From the human T2T-CHM13v2.0 reference genome, Homo sapiens, in assembly GCF_009914755.1 (NCBI RefSeq), contig NC_060934.1: a stretch of 64,000 nt of DNA; one strand, given 5' to 3'. The position numbers and the translations under genes were made by a program. Numbering within the stretch: position 1 is the stretch's first letter; each line of letters begins with the position of its first letter. The notes beneath the pieces are model-generated. The model had not been told where the DNA came from. It saw nothing but the letters and a program-made list of their open reading frames with translations, and ran no database searches. This document shows positions 1 to 12,128 of this stretch, one piece after another.

Positions 1-112
1 GCACCACCTTAAGCACTTTGCAAATATCAACTACTTCACCCCTCATAAGGAAGCCATCTTATTATGTAGACCCTATCATCTCATCTTACAGATGAGGAAA
101 CTGGAGCCACAG
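1..112 (-). mobile_element. MIR SINE fragment
   Basis: CATCTTACAGATGAGGAAACTGGAGCCACAG matches the reverse MIR core. Confidence 0.65.
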
Positions 113-235
113 GTCTTTGCTCTGTGTTACCAGACCGGTGTGCTCCTAAAACAAGTAATACATCGAGGAGCTGCCTCTGGGGAGGCCCGTGGGTCTAGGC
201 ATGGGAAGAGAAGGGGAATTTCCACTGTATGCCTG

Positions 236-520
236 TGTCTTGGTTTGGGTTCTCTAGAAAGAGAACCTGAAACCAGGATTCAGTGGAAGTGGGAGGCTAC
301 TCGGTGTTCCAAAATAAAGAGGAGCTGGGAGCTGAGACTGGGGAGGGAGAATGAAATGGGGGTGCAGTATCTGGCGAAGTCTCACCGAGGGAAACTTTGG
401 TCCAGTCCTGCAGTGTGCGATGGAGGCCCTGTAGTTCCCGCAGAACACATCAAGGCTGGGAGCTGAGGCATTCATTCCCCCTCTTTCCGGGTGCTGTTCT
501 GGGATGCCCCGGAAGTACAA
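236..520 (-). mobile_element. LTR16-like (ERVL) LTR fragment
   Basis: TGTCTTGGTTTGGGTTCTCTAGAAAGAGAACCTGAAACCAGGATTCAGTGGAAGT resembles the reverse LTR16 3' end; right boundary approximate. Confidence 0.5.
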
Positions 521-2936
521 TGAAAGCACTTCCAGTTCCAGCAGCCCGCTGGCTGAGCTACCACATGGGCCTCCATTGTGAAGAAAGTGGTAGGAAATGT
601 GGAAGCGGCCAAGGCATTTGGGGCAGGGGATGGTACCCACTGCTGATGATTTGTGCACTTGGAATGGATTCTTATTTTTTTTCTGAATGAAGGACTTATT
701 GGCACTTACCACTCCAAGTGCATTACTGAGAACAGGTCTAAGAGGGCAAGGAGAGGGTACTTGAGGGCAGACGCTGGAGATGAAGAAATGGACAAGAGGG
801 GGCCGGGGGTCCTGAGGACACTGTCACCCTGCTCACCACATGAGGAGGTCTCACTACCCATCCAAGAGTGAGACCCAACCTGAGGAAGAGGATTCTGGTA
901 TGGCTCCTTCCTCAGCTCCCCTCTGGCAGGACACTGACTCCCATGTCCAGACACTGCTCTGTAGGAGTAGGAGGAGGATATGGAGAAGGAGGAGCAGGCA
1001 GAGGAACTGGAGGGAGACCCGATGTCTGGGGAAGGAGAAATGGACAAAGAGAATACATGTGACTGAGGTCTAGCATGACCTTGGGAATCTGGCCATCTCA
1101 GGCAACCACATGCCTGCCCCACAGAGGTGTCCTCCCTCTGCCTGAGGAACACAGTCTTGTGACTGTAGAATGAAGAGCAGAAGGTGGGCCAGATGATGGT
1201 GGTGTTCAATGGGATATACAGGCCGAGGTCATCCTCAGGGACATGTAGCCCCAGAAGTCCCTGCCTTCTTCCTTCACCCAACAGTATCAAAGCCTTGGGG
1301 AATTCCTTCTGGAATCCTGTACTCCAGAAGCTCAGGGAAGAGTACTGGAGAGGGAGTCACCAGGACCTGGGCAGCCATGATGGGAAAGGAGAGCTAAAGC
1401 TCATCAGATGAGAGACACCCTGGTCTAAGGAGTTCACTAAAGGAAGGGAGCTGGAGCTAAGAGTTTGTAGAGTGGTTTTCTACTAAGCATCCTCAAGGAG
1501 TTCATTCCCTGTGGTCACCTCATCACTGACAAGTGTCAGAGCCTTCAGACTTATCCTCCCTTGCATATTCTCACCCCCTAGTTCTCCAAGTGGCTGGTGA
1601 GGAGGGGAGGGGAGCCCTAAATCTTCTCAGCATCTGACATGCCTCCTCCAAAGATTTTTCCCCAGTTCATCTTCCCATTCTCTTATTTGTTTTCTCAAGA
1701 CAACAACAAGAATGAAAGAATGAAAAGCATTTTTTTTAAAGAAAGAGAGCAAGAAGAGGGCACTCATAAACAGGATGAAAGAGGCACAGAAAGGGGGAAT
1801 GCTTCTTTTGAAAGCAGATTGGCAAGTACCATTACAGAGCTAAGACTTTTTAAAATGGACCAGATCAAACATACTTGTTTTCTAAAGAATCAGAGAATTC
1901 AATGAGATAAAGGCTGCTGTCTGCTCTACAGAGGACCTCCCACTGCCCTGTGCCTTTTGGCTGCACACTAGGGGCTCAGTTTACCAACAGAAGCTCTGGC
2001 TTAAAATCTGCCAAACAAATCAAGGATCATTTTCCTATGTAAAAATAATGACTGAAATGAATTATTCAGGAACTGGGCCAGAGCATTTGCATGCATCCAC
2101 CATGTACACAGATGTATAATACAGTATGTTTCTCTCAAGATGTTTTCTAATATTTATGCAAACAGTTTATAAAATTAAATCACATTAGTGTTGGATTAGT
2201 ACTTGACATTTATCAGACTATGGACTCTTGTTGCTAGAGGGGATACCCTAAGTTTCAATAACACTTAATGGCTTTTTCTTCTGATGATGACTGCTCAGCG
2301 CAATTATCCCGACTTTTCTTTACAGAGATGACTTTGTTCCTACGGAAGTATATTTTCTTGCTTGTAACTCAAACTTTCCTTTTCTGGTGGAAATGGAGCT
2401 TTCTTTTAATTTCATATTTAAAAACAACCATGTCAGATAAAACTTCCTGGAAGACATCAATAGACGTAATCATGGCCAATTATCAAATATTCAATTATTC
2501 TTCTTCTCCAGATCATCACCCGCTTTGAATATACAATGCAGATATTGTTGTCCATGCTGATCTGATTACCTGGCTCAGTGGAAAAGAAGCCTGGGCTTTG
2601 ATGAGAGCATTGGTGTGCCGTCATAAGGACTACTTGCCTAGGGTCCTATCACCCACTCAAAATGATTCCTTGGGAGCTTTTATCACCTGCATAATTTAAT
2701 TCTTTATGCTCACCCTAGATCAAATATCTATCTGACCATATTGTTAAGAAGCTCAGCTGCTTCTTGTGGGATGTATCTTAAATAGCATGAGAGAAAGAGA
2801 GGTCAAAGTAGGGACCATGCGAATTTAGAGTACCTTGAAGACTATAAATATGTGGCTTTTAAAGTCAGCATATCTTGAGCTCGACTCTGAGGGCAAACAT
2901 GGAGATCAGGGTCAGACCAAGTTTTTGCAAGCTTAA

Positions 2937-3644
<708 letters not shown>

Positions 3645-4399
3645 TAATTCCTTTTAAGTTACATATTTTCTTGTTTTTCATGTTTTGAAGCATATAATTC
3701 CAGAGATTTGCTTGTTTGAATATGGACAGCCTTAATGTGATGCCACACGTACCACATGGTGGGTGTTATTGCTGAAGGAGAAAACTCTTTTATCACAGCA
3801 AGTTCTTTACTGCCCGAAGGGATCAAGGCTGCATGAACCAACCAGGTTGTAGCATCAGATACTTCAGGAGAGCAGTCAGGGCCACAGAGACACTGGGGAG
3901 TCTCTGGCTTAGATGTGATCAGTGAAACCCTAAAGGCACTCCTGCAATACAGGACTGAGTCCAGAGGGCTGTCACTCACAAAGCAGGTGAGTAAAGGAAT
4001 CGACTGCAGGGATACTGAACAGTGGGTGGAAGGAGCAAGGACCACAGCAGGGAGATCATAGAGGGTTTGGTACATTTTACATAAAAGAGGGGTCATCAGC
4101 GTCCAAAGAGAATGAGAAGTAGGGCAGGGCCTTGGGTGCTACAGCAAACAGGGCTCTAGGGGACAAGGTGGGGTTGGGGAGAGAGGAGGCAGCATCTGGG
4201 AATGGCTCCAGTGAAGATCAGATCTTTGCCACAAGACAGACAGAGCTGGGGGGCAGTAGGCAAGCAGAAAACGTGGATGGAGGCTGAGCAGATGGTCACC
4301 AGCTGGGATCCCTGAGACACCTACTCCGAGACAGAATGACTTTGCAGAATCATCACTGGGAGGGCTCTTCAGGATCAACATTTGCCGCATGGAGTTTGG

Positions 4400-4660
4400 G
4401 CAGGAAGAATTGTAAGGATGTTCTGTGATGCCTCCATAGACCCTATTGGAGTTGTCCCATTTGGGGCAAGAATGGCTTGGCCTTTATACCCCTTCCTCAT
4501 GCATTGGTGTGACTGCCCTTATAGAACATGGCCATTTTTGAGGTGGCTCCCGGTAACTGAGGCAGATCCTGGGGGTTCCGGCAACTGCAGGTCATCTACT
4601 GACACCAGCAGCCAGGCAGCAAGCTCTTCTTTGCAGGGGAGTCTGGGTGGTGCACCTCCA
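4400..4660 (-). mobile_element. Degenerate LTR16-like ERVL LTR fragment
   Basis: GAATGGCTTGGCCTTTATACCCC...CATTGG...GAGGCAGATCCTG resembles LTR16 segments; highly diverged. Confidence 0.35.
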
Positions 4661-7600
4661 GGTCTGCCACTCTGAGAGCTGTGCCCAGGAGGCTGTTAGA
4701 GCACTCAGCTGGTTCAGTCACAAAATCTACTGCTTTCTGCATCTTGTTCTGTCTTGTTTGAGAAGGTCTTCACCTGCCTTCCTGTGTGCTTTTATAAATT
4801 CCCAGCAAACTGCAAACTCCTTGAGGGCAGGAAGAGCAGCTCACCTGTGTGCCTGATGTTTTCTGCAGTGCCAGTCACGTTGCTGGATGCTGGATACATG
4901 TCCTGCAGTGGATGAGGGTGCTTTGGAAGCTGGGCTTATGGAATTCCCAGGAAAGCACATGTGGCTGTGAGAAGGCTTCTGTGCATGTAGACTTTCAGGG
5001 TGCCCTCTTGGGACCATGGTCTAAACTGTGAGTGCTGATACTGTTCTGACATAGACATTGCTCATCAACAGATTCTAAAGAAGGCTGAGAATACAGGATT
5101 TCTGGAATGTTGTCTTTCCCCAAGGGGATAAATTTTTGAGAGGCCAAAAAGAGAATATTTGTGCAGAATCAGGGCTGAAAGGAAATAGAAGCTGGACTGG
5201 CCACCTCTGCTCCAAATTGTCTTTCTCAGCAGAGCCATTTCCAGGCATAGCTCTATCTCCATCTCTGTGGAGGCCACTGGCAGAGTCCCAGGGATTCATC
5301 CAAAGGCCTGGGAGGCCTCTCTTCCTGCTGCCGATGCGGATGAAGACAGGCCCCTTGCTGCTGCATGCGCCGTGGTTCTGCATAATTCCTTAACCATTTC
5401 TCCAGCAGGATGAAGCTCTGATGAAATATTTATTGATTTTTAAATGCTTCCCATCTATTATAAAGTAGTGTCCTTTGCATTATATATTTTCCAGTTGGGT
5501 TTTGTTGTTCTTAGAAACTGCCTGTTTTTAAGCACTCACCAGTTTTTGTTTGGGGTATCCTCCCCCTGCAGGTGTCTTCACTCTAACCTTTCATATTAAT
5601 CAGGTTTTGAGGAAATAGTAACCAAATTCACCCAAAAGAGGAGAAATGAGCTTCTGTGGCCCAGTAGCCTAGGGGGCTCCTAGAGACCAGCTTTTCTCTG
5701 TGGCTTGCCACCCCTTCCTCATTGAGTTTAATCAGACTCTGCCGTCAAGTTGAAGCCTCAGCCTCTGTGGAGTGTGTGGTCGGCACCTTCACATGTTCCC
5801 ATGTGCATCCCTGTCTATGTCATCCTCTGACTTTCCTAGAACCTCTACTTTGAACGGTGCTGGTTAGAGCCTGCCAGCAGGAGCCAAGCAAGTTAGTTGA
5901 GCGTGGAAGGGAAGAAGCCATGATTTCATCACGGCTGAAAGCAGATGTGTGCACAGCTGGCAGAGGGCAATGGCAAACCAGAGGAACCTGAGAGTTTCCT
6001 GGAGAGCTCTGTGAATTGCCCACTTTGCTGTGGTGGGGGTGCTGAGCCTGGGGGCTCTGGGCCAGGACAGTAGGGACTCACCGTGGGGTTCAGGTGAGCT
6101 CCTGCAGCTTACTTTCTCTGGTAGGGGCTTCCCAGCCATCTGTTCCTCTGGCCTTCCTGATGGCCATGTAAGCCTCTGTGCTTGGAATACCTGGAGTAAT
6201 TCTGTTTTCCTGACCAAACCATGCTGATAGGTGTGCTTACCGAAGCCGAGGAGCCTGGTCCTAACGAGCTGGAGCACTCCTGAGATGGCTTAGTGGCCAG
6301 AGGGAGAGGGGCTGGTGGGACTTGGTGGGGGGAGGGGGCAGAAACAAGCCGCCCCCCCCTGAGGAGGACTGAGTGGAATAGAGTGTCTGTGGCCATGAGC
6401 CTCGAGGCAGGATCAAGGGCATGGGTTCCTAAGTCCCCTGTGGTAGCTGAGGTCTCCGCTTGGCCTCAGAGGGGAATGAGATGGAGCTAAGCCATGCCTC
6501 ATCGGGTGGACCCAGCCAGACTTCAGATGCTGTCCCTGGAGACTAGGAAGCACTTCTCCCTTCAGCCTCCTACCAGGGAGTTATTTGTCATCCACTACAG
6601 AGATTGTAAAATATCAGTTGCAGTTTTTGTGTGTGTGTGTTTACAGCAGTACAAACAAATTCACACTACTTTTTCAAGAAAGAGAAAATACAAAGAAAAG
6701 CCACGTGGAGCACTTTGGAGTGTCAGAGTCTGCGATACGCCCCAGTCATGCCATCTCTCCCCAGCCTGGTCCCCCCTCATCCACCTGCATCAACTGGCTT
6801 ATTAATTTTGACACCTTCACAACTTTCTTATCTGCCTCCAGTTGCTTGCTATTTAGGTCATGGTTGGTTGTAGCTTGCTTCTTGGTAGCTGAGGAAATCT
6901 GAAAACTATGTCAAAACAAAAGACTCTATTTTTTTTCTTCTTGTCAGTGTTTAAGCTACTGATGTAGGGATAGTTGATCGAGTCATTAATTACTATATTT
7001 TAGACACTCAGAGCAATTGGCACCCATCACCTCATTGAGTCCTGTGATTATTATTATCCCCATCTTATAGTGGAGACACAGAGAAGCTGAGTAACTAAAT
7101 GGCTAAGACGGAGCCCCTGAGAGGCAGTAGGAAGAAGGTTTCATCCATGGCGCTAAGCCACGTGAGCCATCAGCTGTGAGTCAGCCACAGCTAAGGACGG
7201 CTTCTCCCTCTGTCGCAGTCTCTCCCTCATCCTTCTTTCTCTTCCCTCTCTCTTTTCTCTCCCTTGCATCTCTTCCCGTTTTTCTCCTGTGGGGCGTCCA
7301 TCTCATAGACCAGACATAGTTGGGGGCTGCCCCCCAAGGCAGGGTGCCCAGCAGCGTGTTAGTAGAGCACAGGCCTTCCACACACACAGTTGCCACAGAA
7401 ATGTGGATCGTCCACCGCCCACACCAACCCAGCAGCCTCGTGCTCCCTGTCCTGCCAGGCTGATGGGAAGTGCAGTGATTTGGAGAAGGGTCATGCCACT
7501 TCCCATGAGTCCCGTGCAATTCAGGAAATTGAAACGTGGGGGAAATGTCTCCACTGCCCACCTGTGGACTCTGCTCTCCACATTCTGCTGCAGCGTTCCC

Positions 7601-7830
7601 AGGCCACCCTAACCATGGCATCCTAGCCATGGAAAACATCCTGGCCCCTAAGGCACTTCTGCCTTGGAGTTGGGCTTGGACGTGAGGGGAGCATCTTTCA
7701 TCACATCTGGAAGCCCAGCACGCCCAGGCAACTTTCTGGGCCCCCCAGGGAACCATCTTCCTGTTTTGTTCTGACCACTCTTTCCCCCACCAGAGCAAGT
7801 GTATTCTCAAGTCAGAAACTTCCCACCCTG

Positions 7831-10301
7831 TTCCATGCTTTGAATGTGACCCCCAGAAGTTCATGTCCCCATTACAGCAGTGTTGAGAGGTGAGGCATTG
7901 GGGAGGTGCGTGGGCCAGGAGGGCTCTGCCCTCATAAGGGAATTGATCCATTCATGGGTTGATGGGTTATGGAGGCGGTGGGTTAGTTTTCATGAGGATG
8001 GGTTATTAAACTCAGTTTGAGCATTTCTCATGAGCCCCCTCGTCCTGTGATGCCCTGTATCACCCCAGGCCACTACAGAGTCCCCGCCAGCAGGAAGGAC
8101 CCTCACCAGATGCGGCCCCTGGATCTTGGACTCTCCAGCCTCTAGCAATGTAACAAATACATTTTTTTCTTTATAAATTACTGAGTCTCGGATATTCATT
8201 TATAGCAATAGAAACAGACTAAGAGAGAAACCTGGTACCAAGAAGTAAGGTGCTGCTCCACAGACACCTGACATGCAGAAGCGGCTTTAGTACTGAGTAA
8301 TGGGTAGAGGCTGGAAGAATTTGAAGGAGGGGGCTTGGAAAAGCCTGTCTTTCTACAAATGGGACACTAAGGGGACTCTAGTGACGGCTCAGAGGAAGAG
8401 AAGACTATAGAAAGTCTGGAACTGCTTTGAGATTACTTATGTGACCATGACCATATTGCTGATAAAAATCTGAACAATAAATGCCATTCTGAGGAGGTCT
8501 CAGAGGGAAAGGAGGAGCAAGGTATTGAAAACCGGAGCAAATGCCATCCTTGTTACAAAACAGCAAAGACTGACTGAATTGCATCCCTATCCTGGGAGGC
8601 TACGGAATGCAGAACTGAGGAGCAATGAAGGAGGGGAGCAGACAGAAGCAGCAGCTGAGCAGCAGGGCATTCAGGCTGCCACACAGCAACGCAGTGCAGA
8701 GGAGCCACGGGAAGAAGAAAGAGGCAACAGTTTCGAGTAAGCCCAGAATGTACCACGAAACGGCAGTAAGTCTCAAGACTTTTAACTGCCTGCCGTAAAA
8801 TAAGAGAGGAAAGAGATGATTTAAAGACAGAATTTGTGATTAAAAAGGAAGTAAAGCAAAAGGATTTGGAACACTCTCACCCTGGCCATGGAAAGAGTGG
8901 ACAAGCATGCCCAAGAGAGGAGACTAAATGCATGGCCAAGAGCCTGCCATGAGGACTGACACAGGAGGATAGCCTGGAGCCATCTGAAATGCCTGTGGGG
9001 TCTTTCCCCCTTTGTCCTACTCTAGGAGGGGGCATGGTTTCCAGGGACAGGCCTGGGGTGCCCTGCACAGGGTCACTGCCCACAGCCACCCAGGGTCTCC
9101 GTTCCCCACATTCTGGTGTGGCATTCCCAGGCCACCATAGCTGTGGCTTAAGTGACTCCAGGTCTGGCTCAATCCATGGATCTGGAAGGTACAAAGCATA
9201 AACCTCGGTGTTGAGCGTGTGGCGCTAATTCTGCAGACAAGCAGAGTGCAAGAGCTGTGAAGACGCGGCTTCCTCTACCCAGATTTCAGGTGTTGCCTTG
9301 GACAGCTTGGGGCCCAGGCAGAGGCTAGCTGCAGGGGTGGAGTTAGAACAGAGCCCCCGCCAGGGCAAAATGCCAAGTGGAAATGTGGGCACAACTGGAG
9401 CTGCTGCAGGGAGTCCCCCAGGGCAATGTCTAGCGGGGCTGTGTGAGTGGAGTCACCACCTAGACCCCAGAACAGTAGAGCTAGTAGTGTACAGTGTCAG
9501 CCTGGAAGAGACAAAGTGTGGGCTGAGTCCAGGAAAGCAATGGGGGTATGGCTGTTCAAGGTCTTGGGGGCCCAACCTCCACCCCAGTATGTCCAGGAGG
9601 CAGTACAAGGACTGAAAGATCCTTCTAGAGTTGTAAGATGTCATGTGGAATTGGAATGGGAATGCCTTTCTTATGGTTGGCTGTAACTGTATTTTGGAAG
9701 TTGATAACATGTTTGATTTCACAGGCTCACAGCTGAAACAAATTTGCCTCAAGGCAAATCATGCCTTGAATCTCACACATATCTGATTTAGATAAGACTT
9801 GGAACTTTGGACTTTTGAGTTGCTGCTGGAACAAGTTAAGACTCTGGGGCTATTAGCTTGGAATGAATGTATTTTATGTGTGAGAAGGATATGAGTTTGG
9901 GGGTCTGGGGTGGAATGCTATGATTTGGCTATATCCCCCAATGGTTCATTTCTCAAGTGTAGCTGTGTTGAGAGGAGGAACGTTTGGGAAAACTGTACCT
10001 TTATGAGTGAATTAGTCCATTCATGGACTGATAGGTTATGGAGGAAGTGGGTTAGTTATCATGCTGGCGGGTCTATTATAGAAGCCAGTTTGGCCGTGTC
10101 TTAGGAGACCCTCACCATGCAATATCCTGCACAGCCTCTGGACTCTGTAGAGAGTCCTCACCAGCAAGAAGGGCTGCACCAGGTAAGGCCCCGGGACACT
10201 GGACTTTCCAGCCTCCCAAACTATAAGAAATACGTATCTTTTCTTTATAAATAACCCAGTCTCAGGTATTCACTTATTGGAACAGAAAATGGAGTAAGAT
10301 A
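7831..10301 (+). mobile_element. Full-length MST-family MaLR provirus (LTR-int-LTR)
   Basis: 5' LTR 7831-8226 (TTCCATGCTTTGAATGT...GACTAAGAGA). Internal region 8227-9915 starts GAAACCTGGTACCAAGAAGT and ends in purine-rich TTTGGGGGTCTGGGGTGGAA. 3' LTR 9916-10301 (TGCTATGATTTGG...GGAGTAAGATA). TSD CCCTG at 7826-7830 and 10302-10306. Confidence 0.9.
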
Positions 10302-10474
10302 CCCTGTCTCTTCTCTCATTTCTAAAGATTACTCCACGGACTTCCTCTGGGAAAGCTTTTCTCCTCTGCCGCGAATGCTCCCATGTATTCTGACCCTCTC
10401 TGCCCACAGAGGGGCTGGTCTAATTCTCTCCCGTGGACCTAAGCTTTAGACAAGCTCATAAACAATGACTATAA

Positions 10475-10566
10475 ACATGGGAGCAGGGACTGTAGGGCTG
10501 GGCTGGGGTGCAGATGAGGGACATGGGAGCAGGGACTGTAGGGCTGGGCTGGGGCGCAGACGAGGG
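10475..10566. repeat. Tandem duplication, 2 x 46 bp
   Basis: ACATGGGAGCAGGGACTGTAGGGCTGGGCTGGGG(T/C)GCAGA(T/C)GAGGG at 10475 and 10521. Confidence 0.9.
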
Positions 10567-10779
10567 AATAATAATAGCAGCAGCCAGCTGTTGTGTTGTA
10601 GGATCTGTTCTATCTTATTTGCATAAATTTATTTATTCTTCCCGGAAATGCCATGGAGTATTATCTGTCATGTACTGTAGGCTAACTAGAGAAACAGATA
10701 GACTCCAAAGCAGGAAATGGCTCAAGGGCAGTAGGAGTTGATTTCTGGCTAAGAGCAGTGGGCAGATGAGCTGGTGGCT

Positions 10780-11050
10780 GGGCACGCTCACCATTCAATC
10801 ACTCAGGGGCCCAGGCTGATGGAGATATGCCTTCTTCAACACACACGGTTTCCAAGGTTGCCATGAAAATCCTTTCCTTTCCAGACAGTCTGAAAAGGGG
10901 AAATTGCATGGAGGAGAGCCCCAGAAAAGCTATGCATGGGTCAGGCCACAGCTGGAACACATGGCTTTCTCTCAGGTCTTTCGTTGGCTAGAGCTCAGTC
11001 ACATGAGTGCACTGAACTGCAAGGGCGGCTGGGAAATGTAGTTCCCACAG
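10780..11050 (-). mobile_element. Old MLT1 (MLT1J/K-like) LTR fragment
   Basis: TTGGCTAGAGCTCAGTCACATG...ACTGCAAGGGCGGCTGGGAAATGTAGT is characteristic of reverse MLT1J/K. Confidence 0.6.
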
Positions 11051-11124
11051 GGACGTCCCTTCTCAGTGAATGTCCCACCCAATGGAAAGGGTGGCACCAT
11101 CCAAGGAGTTTCTGCCAATGTATG

Positions 11125-11215
11125 ATTGGCCCACTTTACAAACTAGGAAACTGAGGCACAGCAAGGTTAAATAAGTTGACCAAGATCACATATCTGGGGA
11201 ATCACAGACATGAAG
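11125..11215 (-). mobile_element. MIR fragment
   Basis: CCACTTTACAAACTAGGAAACTGAGGCACAGCAAGGTTAAATAAGTTGACCAAGATCACA. Confidence 0.75.
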
Positions 11216-11911
11216 CTGCTCGGTGGCTCCCCCAACAGGCTGCAGTCACTTTAAGTCCCCACATGGAAAGTGTCAGTGCTGGGAGAGCTTTCAATTGCCA
11301 GGGAGTTAGGAATACTCAGACCAAGCATGCTCTCTTCTCTCCGGTCTCTCTGGCCCCAGGGGCAGTTCTTAGAAGGGGATTGCTTGATGGCAGGATGTGG
11401 GCGCTGCCCCCTGAGCTCTCTGTTCCTGCAGTGACTGGACAGCAGCCCTGGGCATCCCTGTCTACACCTCTGCAGCTCCTGAGATTGGAACAGGATTGAG
11501 TCCAAGTGACCGAAGAGCAAGGCTGTCCAAGCTGGGGTGCTGGTGGTAGGCACCTGAGGCACTGTCCTGAGCTGTGCTTTCTTATGGGAGGGGTGGGGGG
11601 GGCTCTGTGGGAACCTTGTGACCACTGCTGGTTTTGGAAGAATTTTCCAGAATTCTGTCTGGCTTTTGGAATAATGCCAGCAGGGGTGATTTTCCCAAAG
11701 CTCCTTTTGGCCCACTATGGGGGGATGAGTTTGAATCCAATGAAGGCAGTTTCTCTTCATGGGTGCTGCACTTCCTGTGCCGTGTGGGGAGTTTCACTGA
11801 TGCTGCCGCCCAGGGAGCATCTCCTTGTCGTGCCCATTCCCGCTTCCTCCCCTCAGATGTGGCCCTTCCTGGTGGATCGAAGACTGCAAGCTCCTTGAGG
11901 CCAGGGAGGGA

Positions 11912-12128
11912 TTCTGCTCCCGTGCCCATGCAGTGGGCCTGGCTCTGCTCCCGCCCACGTGCATTGGGCCTGGCTCTGCTCCCGCCCGCGTGCACTGGGC
12001 CTGGCTCTGCTCCCGTCCGCGTGCGTTGGGCCTGGCTCTGTTCCTGTCCGCGTGTGTTGGGCCTGGCTCTGCTCCTCTGCCCATGCAGTGGGCCTGGCTC
12101 TGCTCCAGTCCGCATGCGCTGGGCCTGG
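11912..12128. repeat. GC-rich minisatellite, ~7 x 31 bp
   Basis: Unit GGGCCTGGCTCTGCTCCCGTCCGCGTGCGTT; period 31 (11935, 11966, ...). Confidence 0.92.

Noticed and set aside
2280-2400. C/D snoRNA box C (ATGATGA); also at ~35938
   Set aside because: No CTGA box D at a suitable distance and no terminal stem.
3855-3995. Open frame ending at a strong donor-like CAG|GTGAGT
   Set aside because: No convincing acceptor or recognisable peptide; such sites occur often by chance.
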